From positions 186,001 to 250,000 of the forward strand of contig NW_020844115.1 of the NCBI RefSeq assembly GCF_003704095.1: a stretch of DNA of 64,000 nt. The letters run 5' to 3'. Every line of letters begins with the position of its first letter. Positions within the stretch are counted from its first letter, which is position 1. This stretch comes from Pocillopora damicornis (Eukaryota). The notes below the pieces were generated by a model that was not told the DNA's origin, did not search any database, and was given only the letters and a program-made list of their open reading frames with translations. The position numbers and the translations under genes were made by a program. Positions 27,001-37,300 of this stretch are shown in pieces.

Positions 27001-30000
27001 ATTCTTGTGGGAGAAGAGACCAGGTCTTACATCGGTTTGGCATGGGTCGTTGCCGGTATGTATGGAGTACTTTTCTCTTGGAATAAACCCATAAAAGTCG
27101 CTTCGGAAAACAGGTTGATGTCGACGTCCCTTGCTGTTACTATTTTGAACTTGGGTATTGGCGCCGTGAGCAGAATCCCCGCAGAGAATATATCAGATGA
27201 AGTGGATAAACACAAAGACGAAATGGCGATGAAAATACTCATACTGGCCGCAAATACTTTGGTAATTGGCCTGCTTGTCGGTAAGAATGGCTAAGACGAA
27301 CAACATATTTGTGACAATACATGTGCAAACGTTAGTTAATTCTTTTCCGTGAAACACGTGACAAAATAACAGAATACTGACCGACGATTAAGGTGATGCA
27401 TATCGTTGTAACATTTTATGCTCTAAACCGCATTTTTAACTCGTGAATTGCGCGCATGCGCAAGAGCGAGTTGTAGGTACGATGTGGGAAATAGCACTCG
27501 CTCGCTCGCTCGCTCGATTGGTCGATTCCTGTAAACTTTTTTGCGATTTTAGGCTTTTGAGTGCATTTGATAGTTTTTGGCGAGCAATAAACAAACGAAA
27601 TGGCGACCTCTGTTGCTAAGAATAGTGGTGGGGTGAAAAAGAAGCCAATGATAATTTTAAAAGAGTCTTTTTTTTTCGTTTTAGTTTCAACAAGCGGCGC
27701 CAGCGACTGGCAGGCATGCAAGGAGTCACACTGAAATAACAGAACAACCTTCGTTTTTCATAAAATTGTAATTTACAATCCTTAAACTTGAAAACAATCC
27801 GAAGATTCATTGAAAATATCTCTTACTGCGAAGCGCTCGGAGTTTACAGATATTCAAAAGCCTTTTCTGTTATGGCGTGAGATTGAGGACAAAATCGATC
27901 ATTACGTTTCGTATCGTGTGTTTTTCTGTGTGAAGCAACAAAAGATGCCGGCGACTGACGAAATTGCAAGTTAACACGAAAATCAAATAACACCTAAACA
28001 AACAATTTTAGCTACCGATTTTCAGTGAATTTTTAAAAAACAATTTTCTTTTAAGTTTCAAGACAATTTGAAGATTCAAAATACATATTACGTACTAAAA
28101 TGCGAAAGTTATACACAACAAAATTGATAAATAGGCCTGAAATGAAATTCTATCTTGTTGTTGATTATACGTTGCCTAGCACGTGACTAAATCTACCCAG
28201 GCGGAGATCCAAAATGACGGTGGCAGCCTTGGCTTAGATATCTCACTCAAAACTCGTTCCCGTTTGTCTCACTTGATAAAGAGGGAATCGTTAATTTTTT
28301 CATTAAGACAGTATTGCCTTGATTTTCTAATATTTACAATGATAGACAGTAAATTTTACTTTTCACCCACATTTACTTCCAACCTTTTCTTTTGAACCAG
28401 AAACAAAAATGATATACGTTTAAAACACATTACATCATCCACCCTTGTCAAATGTAATAGCATGATCATTTCAATTGTAATGCCTTCTTATCCCAACGTT
28501 ACTTTGTTTCTTTGCTACATTAGCGAACACTGAACTACTGCTCGTACTCTAGATATGACAATCAACCACAAAATTCCCTAAACCAGATAACATTAAACAT
28601 AATCCAAAAAATCGTGTGTCAATTCACGAGTTTGCTCACAGAGCACTTTGATTTCCCCTGCCATTGAGACAGCTTTACCAAAACACAACAACCAATCAAA
28701 TTTGTTTAAAGAAATTAATCAAATTGCAGGAAAACGAGAGACAAATTTTGCATTTGTTTTGAGACCAGCTCAATATACCGAATCAATGTAACATTTGTAC
28801 AGACTAACACAAGTTGTATTGAGCGAAACCGAAGCCCCTGAATAAAATTCTCCAGGAGTTTTATAGAAAAGTTCGTAGGAAAGACGGGGAAGATTACGAG
28901 CGTGATAGATTTCGTGTAATGGTTACGGCTGTCGACTGATGCCTAACAGAGAAAGAATACAAACGCTAAACTACTCTTTAGAGAGGTTTTAAAAGTTTGA
29001 AGAAAGTTCTTGAGGGAAAAGCCCAAAAACTCCGGCAACAAGGCAGAGGCAGGCTGCCGAACTGGTGAGCCATGACATGAAATAAAAAAAAATAAATAGG
29101 AAAAAATAGTTATATTTTTGCTTGTATATCAATAACTAATAATCATATGATTTTCTCGTGCAATTTAAGATAAATCAGCACTTGCAAATCTTTCAAAGAC
29201 TACAAATTGCAAAATTTACACAATTAAAAATTTTACTAACCTTTGAAAAATTTACTCGTGCTGATTCATCCCAAACTGCACGAGAAATATCTTATGACCA
29301 CTTATACAGATTGTACGCCACTCACTTCAGGTACCATAATTAATGCTCTGAACACCTGCGTGAGAGCATTTCAAGCCGGGTTGGGAATGAATGGATTAGG
29401 AAGCGTGTCTGATGCTAAAAACATCCGAATATAAACGATACACTCAAACGAGTGAAGCGACAAAAATTGATGTTTTCATACCGGAGGAGATATTAAGAGA
29501 AGCCTCATTCGTTCGTGGATACAGATTTGAGTGTAATTTTTGGTATCCTTTGCCTGACGACTTCGACGGAAGTAGCCTTTCGGGTTATGGACAAACATTG
29601 AAGCCACGCTGAGTTTTGTATAAAAGATGGTCGCATTTATCGTTTTTAAATACAATGCTATCACAAGTCTGTTCTTATTTTTTCTTTTTTGTTACTGATA
29701 TGAGGTCTTTAGAGAAGCAAGAGAATCGACCGTTTGCCTTACCGCACATAAAAAAACGGAAATAATTGTTTGGCGCGTTTTGCTCGCTTAAGTTCAGACC
29801 TATTTGTACTTATCAATCAAGAAATGAGGTAACCAATGTTCTTAATCTTGAGAGCGCTTCTGGTAATCCCTAACTCTTAGCCAGCATTACGTCGCCGGCT
29901 TTTTCTCTAGGGTATCCTTAACAGCAAGGGGACCCACTTCCCAAGCCAAGGTTTAAAACATGATTTAAAGTGATTACTCACGTGACATTGCTCAGCAGCT

Positions 30001-32682
30001 TACATTAAATAAGGCATTCGTTATGCTGCGTCCTATCCTGGAGAGCGATATAAGTATCGTAACCATAACGTCACTTGCTATTTAACGTTTATCAATTTTT
30101 CGCAAAATTTTATTGATAGTCTACCGCCTATAATGTCTATAAAGTAGAACCTTACGGAATTTTAAATCTACACTCTTTAAACTTTCATAAAGAAATCACA
30201 TAGAAATATTCTTATATGTAATTATCCAGATTTTAGCTTTGAAGGGTTCAGGTTTGCATTGCTATTAGATGGCTTACTCATTAGTTATTACTTTTTACTC
30301 ATTATCAGTGAGCGCACTGATATAAATTGGAGAAACGTGCTACATTTCAAATTGAAGGGGCAAATACATTAAAAATAGATGAAAAGAAATAATAGCAAGG
30401 CTTCTCTTGATTATTTCCTTCGACGGAAAATGTTTGCTTTATCCAAAAAAAAATTAAACAAATAACAATTTTGAATTTTATCTCTGCCTCAGGTCAGTAC
30501 GTGATGTTTTTGTACGAATATTTAAAAGAGTGGCGCAAAAACCCACAATGCTCCTCTTCATGCTGTCTGGCTTTGCTCCTTCCTCTGAACGACTTGCAAG
30601 GAGAAATTCGAGGTATGGTTGGCAAAAACTTGATGAAAACTCAGCTTGACACAGGTATGTTGGCGAAACCGTCCATTGCTGCCACTGCAAAGGACAGTGG
30701 AGCTATGAGCTTTACTCTTTGTGGTGAAGACGTCGAACCCGAAAAGGAAGACAAACGAAAAGATGAAGTTGTCAAAGACAGCAACAGAAAACGTCATCGC
30801 TGGACACAGACAGAAGTTGTAATGCCACCTTTTGCTTCAACCGTGGAATCTGGATCAATGAGAGGGCAGCAGCGAATAAACAGGTGAGTGTAATAAGTAC
30901 TTTCAGTATTTTTATCAAAGATACAGAAAACCTTGTGTGTAGCATTTAAACAACCTTTTGCGAATATAATGAGCCATCGTCCGGTTGAGTGTAGTCCTGA
31001 GAAGGACTCTTGTCGGTAGTGGTGACTGACGTTTCGACAATCTTAGCGGAAGTCATCTTCAGTCAAGTGAATAGTTGTTGTCAATCGAATGTTCTTAGTC
31101 CGGTAAGTATAAAGTATCAATCAGTATAAATCAGTATATATATAAAATCTGGTACCAATCAGTATAAACTGATTGGTCAGTTTTGCCGTGATGTTATTGG
31201 CTGTAAGACTCAAGTGGACTATTAAATTATCAGAACGCTGAAGTTTGTGATGGAAAAATAACCGTACCTTCTATCTCTTTTCTATGTTCCGTTGATAGGT
31301 AAATATGCTCTTTTTCTTCCATACCAAAATCCAGACTTTCCATTCTCAGCACATTATATTACATATTTAATCACTTGGCTGTGACTTTCTCCGTTTTGTG
31401 ATAATTATTGTCGATTTTCTTTGTCTTATAGCCTTAGCTTTTCTTACTGTCATCTCAAAGTCAGGTTTTGTAACCCTTTGGTTATTTTAAATTATTTTTT
31501 AGTTCTGTTTCTTAAAATGGTGGAAAAAGGAGTGAAAATACATGACCAAATCGCATTTGTAAAGGAATAGATTGATTTGACACAATGCCCATTTCGCCAG
31601 AGCTACTTACCTGGCTTGAAGCCAAGAGTCCATGTGCGGGCGAGAAAGCAGAATTTAAAATTTTTCCTGCATTGCAATTACGCAAATGATATCTAGTAGT
31701 GACAAACTCGTCAACGTGTTTCTTTTAATGTTGTCTTTTTGCAAGCAGTATGAAACAGAATGACTGAGTAAAACCTATGCTAAAATTCCAGGAGGATTCA
31801 GCTCCTCCAAAAATTGTACTATCGATACCTTTTTTTTCTAGACTTCAGCCTTTAATGCATGAGATGCATACCTCTGGAGAAAACTGTGATGCATCAGAAA
31901 TACTGAAGACATTCATAAAGAATGAAGCAGAGGGTAATGCACCAGAGAAGCAGAAGGAAGGCTTAAAGATTGTACCTAAGGGCAATATACCACCAAAGCA
32001 AAATGAAGGCATGAAGATTGAAGCAGAGTGGAATGCACAAGCAAAGCAGAAGGAAGGCATGAAGATTTTAGTAGAGTGCGACGCACCAACAAGGCAGAAG
32101 GAACGCGTGGAAATTGTATCAGAGTGCAATGCATCGGCAAAGCAGAAAGCACTCATGAAGAGAGAAGTAGAGAGTACTGTATTGGCAAATCAAGCGGAAG
32201 ACATGAAAATTGTACCAGAGTGCAATGCACCAACAAAGCAGAGGAAAGGCGTGAAGATTATGGAAGAGGGTAATAGAGTGGCAAAGCTGAAGGCATTGAT
32301 AAAAAGTGAAGCAGAAGGTAATGCACCGGCAAATCAAAAAGAAGACATGAAGATTGTAGCAGAGTGCAAGCCACCAGCAAAGCAAAAGGAAGATATGGAG
32401 ATTGGAGCAGTTTGCAATGCACCAGCAAAGCAGGAGGAAGGCATGAAGAATGAGACAGGGGGCAATGCACCAGCAAAGCAGAAGGAAGGCATTAAGATTG
32501 TGGCAGAGGATAATGCATTAGCAAAGCAGAAGGAAGGCATGAAGAATGAAGCAGAGGGCAATACACGGGCAAACCAAAAGGAAAGCATGAAGATTGTAGC
32601 GAAGGGTAATACAGTCGCAAGGCAGAAGGCATTCATGAAAAATGAAACAGAGAGCAATCCACCTGAAAAGCCGAAGACATAA
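2..32682 (+). CDS. Multi-exon LRR + Cys-rich (CxxC/TNFR- or ephrin-receptor-like) + multi-pass membrane receptor, 5'-incomplete. Exons: LRR cassettes 2-73, 618-689, 1416-(gap), 2964-3035, 3339-3410, 3751-3822, 4167-4238, 5313-5384, 6502-6573, 7653-7724, 8481-8552; then 17230-17301, 17880-17954, 22502-22576, 22788-22859, 23384-23565, 24428-24553, 25733-27280, 30493-30883, 31842-32682
   Basis: The exons were traced by hand. Each has AG/GT boundaries except the gap-truncated cassette (donor unseen), the first cassette (window edge) and the last exon (ends at the stop). Intron phases are compatible: phase 2 through the LRR part, phase 1 around the Cys-rich and TM exons, phase 2 before the last exon. 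The spliced frame is open to the TAA at 32680-32682. Confidence 0.8.
618..689 (+). CDS. LRR cassette exon (DLYSNALSSLPEGLFAKLTRLWE)
   Basis: ccatag acceptor, GTACGT donor, 72 nt. Confidence 0.9.
1416..1471 (+). CDS. LRR cassette exon truncated by assembly gap (NLSSNALSSLPEGVFAKL...)
   Basis: catag acceptor; runs into Ns at 1472. Confidence 0.8.
1915..1985 (+). pseudogene. Degenerate LRR cassette (pseudo-exon)
   Basis: The acceptor AG is changed to CG (tcaatcg) and there is a 1-nt deletion (AGCTCCTTCCG vs AGCTCTCTTCCG). The donor is intact. Confidence 0.75.
2964..3035 (+). CDS. LRR cassette exon (DLSSNALSSLPERIFAKLIALWE)
   Basis: AG/GT, 72 nt. Confidence 0.9.
3339..3410 (+). CDS. LRR cassette exon (DLSSNALSSLPEEVFAKLTKLRF)
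   Basis: AG/GTGCGT, 72 nt. Confidence 0.9.
3751..3822 (+). CDS. LRR cassette exon (YLSSNALSSLPEVVFAKLIGLWR)
   Basis: AG/GT, 72 nt. Confidence 0.9.
4167..4238 (+). CDS. LRR cassette exon (NISSNALTSLPEGVFAKHAELHW)
   Basis: AG/GT, 72 nt. Confidence 0.9.
5313..5384 (+). CDS. LRR cassette exon (DLSSNALRSLPEGVFAKLSGLSW)
   Basis: AG/GT, 72 nt. Confidence 0.9.
6502..6573 (+). CDS. LRR cassette exon (DLSSNALSSLPEGVFAKLTRLQK)
   Basis: AG/GT, 72 nt; duplicate of 2-73. Confidence 0.9.
7653..7724 (+). CDS. LRR cassette exon (YLFSNDLSSLPEGVFVKLTGLQD)
   Basis: AG/GT, 72 nt. Confidence 0.9.
8481..8552 (+). CDS. LRR cassette exon (DLSLNALDSLPGGVFSKLTQLGS)
   Basis: AG/GTATGT, 72 nt; last copy of the homogeneous array. 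Confidence 0.9.
10085..10290. repeat. Imperfect palindromic (hairpin) interspersed repeat end
   Basis: gtgcaatttggaataaatagg...gagccc-gtt-gggcga...cttatttattccgaactgcac; a related copy lies at about 29130-29310. Confidence 0.6.
12180..14050 (-). mobile_element. Degenerate BEL/Pao LTR retrotransposon pol fragment
   Basis: Minus-strand fragments DSMVALY..KRWKVFVVNRGKKI (Pao RNaseH/peptidase region) and LVLIVSDGKNRGEWRKG (C-terminal integrase region), with stops and frameshifts. Confidence 0.7.
14380..15880 (+). mobile_element. Degenerate Crypton-like (DUF3504-type) element relic with palindromic repeat at 15567-15723
   Basis: A decayed SVEEFIED..NENTKKK-like segment, plus the inverted repeat tgtgctctgttctgttgtaa...ttacaacaaaacagagcaca. 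Confidence 0.4.
17230..17301 (+). CDS. Divergent LRR exon (LLHGNNLQLIPYRAFFAMDALRI)
   Basis: tcag acceptor, GTAGGT donor, 72 nt, phase 2-2, LRR consensus. Confidence 0.8.
17640..17852 (+). repeat. Decayed (GAY)n microsatellite
   Basis: gatgacgacgaagataatgatgctgacgatgat... run. Confidence 0.7.
17880..17954 (+). CDS. Divergent LRR exon (TLTDNPIETIESEAFKFYGPSITN)
   Basis: Polypyrimidine tract with tacag acceptor, GTAAGG donor, 75 nt, phase 2-2. Confidence 0.8.
18000..21894 (+). mobile_element. Degenerate BEL/Pao LTR retrotransposon, interrupted by a nested Gypsy element
   Basis: RT N-terminus (YDDVIHEQL..HLPYREI..KLRAVYDAS), integrase (FAGPVY..AIFTRASPRMVHLEL..ISDSGKTF) and C-terminus (GRDHLVRAA..KRPVLRLYPVEV). 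A purine tract at about 21721-21736 precedes a TG..CA LTR-like segment at 21737-21894. Confidence 0.75.
19645..21382 (-). mobile_element. Internally deleted Gypsy (Mag-like) LTR element with two 99-bp LTRs
   Basis: Direct repeats at 19645-19743 and 21284-21382 (TG..CA). A PBS (TGGTGTCAGGAATGG) sits next to the 5' LTR and a PPT (AAGGAGGA) next to the 3' LTR. Internal: gag (LIRDRIVVG..RKRLLQE), CCHC knuckle (CKKCGEESHFAVKC), and protease LDSGA fused to the integrase tail RNRRHLR. Confidence 0.85.
22502..22576 (+). CDS. LRR-like exon (FLLRTNLKTFLSASLANFRATNFE)
   Basis: ttgcag acceptor, GT donor, 75 nt, phase 2-2. Confidence 0.65.
22788..22859 (+). CDS. Linker exon (NLWQRTPRIVTYHRENRIVLKVH)
   Basis: ttttag acceptor, GTTAGT donor, 72 nt, phase 2-2. 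Confidence 0.6.
23384..24553 (+). CDS. Cys-rich exons 23384-23565 and 24428-24553 (CPLGTF..CMECPPG|GFYVD..CKKCPNGSY..DCKACPIG)
   Basis: CxxCPxG repeats typical of ephrin-receptor-like/TNFR-like modules; splice sites are in phase. Confidence 0.85.
25733..27280 (+). CDS. Large exon: Cys-rich stalk plus about 8-9 hydrophobic segments
   Basis: ORF 25777-27294 with motifs CAKGYEGPICAVC, SKLKILIGFYQV, ADYSIKC, FLFENYKPTFWYWELVEMSRK and ENRL. Confidence 0.92.
27400..29310 (+). mobile_element. Degenerate Crypton-like (DUF3504/QRICH1-type tyrosine-recombinase-related) element in intron
   Basis: At about 28870-29065 the sequence reads VRRKDG..YERDRFRVMVTAVD*CLTEK...VLEGKAQKLRQQGRGRLPN. It ends in a hairpin repeat related to 10085-10290. 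The left boundary is approximate. Confidence 0.5.
30493..30883 (+). CDS. Receptor exon: end of last TM and juxtamembrane cytoplasmic region (EWRKNPQCSSSCCLALLLPLNDLQ)
   Basis: ctcag acceptor (phase 1), GTGAGT donor (phase 2). Confidence 0.85.
30972..31220 (-). mobile_element. Penelope-associated repeat fragment with degenerate minimal hammerhead motif (31023-31066)
   Basis: Minus strand reads CTGAAGA-TGAC..TGTC-GAAACGTC-AGTCA. Confidence 0.45.
31842..32682 (+). CDS. Terminal exon: cytoplasmic tail of about 16 x 16-aa repeats (K[IN]xxExNAPAKQKEGM)
   Basis: ttctag acceptor in phase 2; 48-bp periodic ORF to TAA. Confidence 0.8.
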
Positions 32683-34199
32683 CTGAAATTAAAACCCGAG
32701 GCCATAAACTTTAATCAATCAGTGGAATGTTTGCTATCGCATAACGTGCTAAACCATACATTTAAAAACAAGTGTAGCGAAATTATTGTATCCCTCATTC
32801 AGATAGGTTTTAGTTAATGTAGAAGAGATATCTTTTATAGAAGGGGCTTTGTTTATAGACAAAAGAATCCCTTAGACTATGTATTTGTATCAAGCATAAG
32901 TGCCGTGATATATTTCAGTATCTAAATTCCATTTCTTTACTTTTATCGCCTTTAAAATCCTATACTCGATATCGTTAGCTTGTGTACTATTGTGAAGCTA
33001 ATATGTAATTGTAGGCGAGTAAAACCATCGTCAAGTCAGTTACTCTTTTTTTGCAATAGCTTGGAGGACGGATTTGTTTCAACTAACGTGGAGTATAATA
33101 AAAATTTGTAATCACTAGATGGCTGCTTAGCGGGTAAAAACCGCAGGAAAAATACAACACCAATGACGAAAACAAAAGATCTAGACAAAGAAAGCAATAA
33201 GTGATATTTTGGGCTACACGATCCAAACAAATAATGGCATCTGATTCACCAGGTGACCATCAGAATTACTTTGGGCCTGACAACGGTGAGATGAATGCAC
33301 CTGGTGCTCCAGCTGGTAATTTTTTCATAAGAGTTGAATGATATGTCAAGATATCTTAAATTCCTTGCCGTCCTTATAAAGCAAAGAGATGTCCGAAAAG
33401 TCCTCAGCGGTAGCGTTCACATCGACCCGGAATTTGTACTGAGATAGTCTTATTGAAAAACTAACGGAACAATACAACCCAATATGCTGGTTACATGATG
33501 CGATACATATACCACTTTCAATTTAAGGAATTAATTTAGAATAACGACGTATGCATGTTATTTTGTAGTAAGTGGATATTTAGATGCAAAGCTCTCAAAG
33601 AATCGACATTTATTGGAACTCAACGGCACGCTTTGTTACCATCATGAAGAATGGTGATTTACTATTCGGATGTTCTGTAACTGTAAAGCGTTCAAGAGTC
33701 AACATAAATACTTTTACCTTGCCATTTATAAAAATTCGAATTAGAGAGCACATGAATATCTAACGAATCTTGCTATATTTATTAAAGCTGTTGCACATCG
33801 ATAACTATGTTTACAGTTTTGTTAGGTTATTTTTACCAGCTTTTAATGTGAAAGTAAATACGAGGTTCTCGGAGGAAATGCCGATATAAGTATAAAGTCC
33901 CTACTGTAGAGAAACGTGTTTTTAATTCATAATTAAAATTGCAAATTACACGAGCATTTAGATTTCCAAACCACTGGGAAATGAGGCAAACGAAAATGGA
34001 ACAAGACAACGGCAGCGGAAGCAAACGGTTTTACAAACTTTAACGCAAAAATACATCACAAAAGTGAACTTGTTTCACGTTTCAAAAACGGGAACAGATG
34101 TCGCCAAAGGGAATATCAGAGTGGTACAAAAACAATCAAGTTCTTTGATAAAATAGATAAAAAATGTTTCATAAGGAAATTTGTTGCCCTGCCATTTGT

Positions 34200-34335
34200 A
34201 GCCAACTGTGGTCCGGGTTCGATTCCCGGACCTGTCCCATGTGGGTCGAGTCTGTAGTTGGTTCTCGTCCTCACTCCGAGGGTTTTTATTCAGGTTCTCC
34301 GGTTTTCCTCCCCCTTCAAAAACCAGCATTCCAAA
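34200..34335 (+). mobile_element. tRNA-derived SINE fragment
   Basis: B-box GGTTCGATTCCCGG followed by the core ggttctccggttttcctccc. Confidence 0.65.
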
Positions 34336-37300
34336 TTCCTTTTATGATCAAACAAGAGGTCATAATTTATCATATCTTGGATCAATCTCTTCGTTATATA
34401 TTGTTTCCCCAACGATATGTGAAGCTCTACGCTTGGCTATAATTATCATTAATAGTGCTAATAGTGTACAAAGTTATGATAGAAACTCTTCTTTTCAGCG
34501 TCACGAGTAAATACATTGATTAATTGATTCTTTCGTTCATTTAATACGATTCAGGCGTACTTTTGTTCAAGTATTCATTCAATTCATTCGTTCTGCGTTA
34601 TGCTGACTTACTCGTTAATTCTTAGCAACTTTTCCTTCGTTGATTCCTACGCTCTAAAAGTTCGTTGTTTTCTGATGTTTCTATTGATCTTTCATTCGTT
34701 TGCCAGTCTATTCTCTCTTTCCCTTGTTTAGTGTTTTATTAGTCACTAGTTGTTCCCTTGGATCATTCATAGGTTTGCTGGCCTGTTCCTCAACTTCAAT
34801 ATCTCCTCAAAGTTCACACTGGTTATCAACAGCAGAAGGGTACTGCTACATATGATTTTCGGCAACATGATCACTAAATAAACTAAATCAAAACTGCCGA
34901 AAATGTTGTTAAATATATTACAATTAAGGTCATCCTCTTTCTGGAATTGCTCAGACAGACGAAATGAATCCTACTTTAAGCTGATATCTTACTAATAGTT
35001 GTGCAACCGACTCTAAGTCGCGTTATGAAATATTCGGCGCAATGGGATTTTCCTGTTAAAATGATTGTCCCTTTGATATTAGGATTAAGGTCTAATAATA
35101 AAGATTGTTATTGCTTTAACACCAATTGCAATGTGATATATTACTGATTTGAAAACTCAAAAGATACCGGTAATTCTGCTAAAGTTTGTTTATCCTTGGA
35201 GATATTTTTCATGTTGATGAAGTGAAAAACAGACAACAAACATATCACGATCAAAATTATCCTCTTTCAAAAATATATGAAAAGCGTGCTTGGGTAAAAT
35301 AAACAGAAGCTTTTAAGGTCTTTTGTTTTAAGTTTTTGTTTTATTTTTGTCACCAAAATAGTTTTCAAAACGGTTGCCCAGAAGTAAATCGTCAAAAAAG
35401 ATGTTCAATCGATTTCATAGCCATTGTCCAAAAACTTTTGTTTACTCGTAGTCGTCCTTTTTTGTTTTTTGTTTTTGTTTTTGTTTATACGTTTTTTTCC
35501 TGTTCATTAGCCCAGTCATTCTCTTGTTCAATTCTTTCGTTTTTCCTTCGCTCACTCGTTTCCAGTACGTGATCCTTCAGTGCGGAGAGGAGCAGGGGTT
35601 TAATTTCCAAAGGGTGACTAACAATCGAGCTAACTTGCCTCTCGAATTAAATTCCTGCTCAAAACTTATCATTTCCTTTTCACTTCGAAAGGGTATTACC
35701 AATACAATTTTTAACAATTATTACCAACGTAACCAACAAAATCTATCTTCTATATAGAATGGCCTTCTTATATTTTCTCAATTGCGGTCTCACCGACTTA
35801 CAGGCGCGTTCTTAATTTTCACGATGAGATTTTCCAGATAAAAGAGATTCCCCAAGATATTAAGATCAAAGCAAAATAATTAGCGGTTCAAGATCCTTTG
35901 TATTATAGTGAAGTGCAAAGTTGCAGATATCATATGTTTAAAATTACGGTTAACCTCGAAGTTTCGATATCAGCAACAAACAACTCTCCACGTCATGGCA
36001 TTACACTGCTCACGGAAACAAACAACAAATCACGATGGATCGGGAGTTGGGTTATCTTCCTACAACTTTTACAAGTAACAGAGATTCAGAAACGGATGCA
36101 TTGCTCGGATAAAGTAAATACAAATGATTGAATTTAAAAATAACAAAATTCACACTGTGCTTTGTATTTGTGTTTTCCTCTACCATAACCGGATTTACCA
36201 AGAGAAAGTTACATATGCAACACATCACATTCACTGGATTGGTAACATTGAAAAACACTCATTCTCTCCAAAAGTTAGTGATTACTTTAATTGAGAGAGA
36301 CTGTAAATACTGAACAAGGATGAGATAATAATGATTTAATGCTTTAAAATCAAGTAGTTATTCTCTCTTTCAACTGCTGTCGGGTTGAATATATTGGTAG
36401 ATGTTTATAAAAAAAAAAAAAAGATCTAAACGCTATTTCCGATTATTTACATTTTTTTTACACTGCTTCTAAAAGCACATAATGTCCTTTCAATGTCGTA
36501 TTTCAAGCTTCATGAAAATATACGCTTTCTTTGTATCACTCAGGAGTACTTGAGAAGCATCACCATTTCGACCGATTCAGACAGTTATTTCATTCACACT
36601 GTTTACAACGAAAACAGCTGTTATCTATTTAACTCGTCTGGAAGATTTTCAGTTTTTAAATATTAACTTTTTTATAATTTCATACCACAATTTTATGGAC
36701 CTTGTCTATGCGGTGAAGATCTTTAAGCAATCACAAGAGACTAAAAAAGGAAAACTCGGTCTGTTGTCCGTCACAGAAATACAATCACGATGTTTGAAGT
36801 ATTTTGGGGTTGACTGGCTACTTCAGGAGTATGTTTTCTAACATTGCGAACAAAGTGGAATAATAGATGATTTGGCGACGTGGAATATCTTCTGAGATAT
36901 TCTAAGTACCAAAGTTTTGGCTCTTATAACTTCTCAATATCATGAGATGCGAAAAAACAACTTGAACGTTCTGATTGTACGATGGAGTAACACTTTAAGT
37001 AGTTCAACATTTGAAACGTGCGTTGGATGAAGAAAACGTCTTCAATATTAACAGCGAAAATAAGAACCAAAGCCGGTCCATTAAGGTTTCCAAGTGCTGT
37101 AGCAGCTCTCTTGTAATGGTCACGCAATGCCGGGGAGAGAAGGGATTGCGTGACCAGACCAAGGGAAGTGACAAACAATTTTTACATTATCAAACATGAA
37201 TTTGTCATTTTTCTGGTATATAACACCAAGTTTTCCCCAAGTAAATAACCATCTTGCTTTTCTTTTCATACACGCAGACAATGAGATATGGCGATGTAAA

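Noticed and set aside
31845-32705. Long antisense ORFs over the terminal exon
   Set aside because: Shadow frames of the 48-bp coding repeat.
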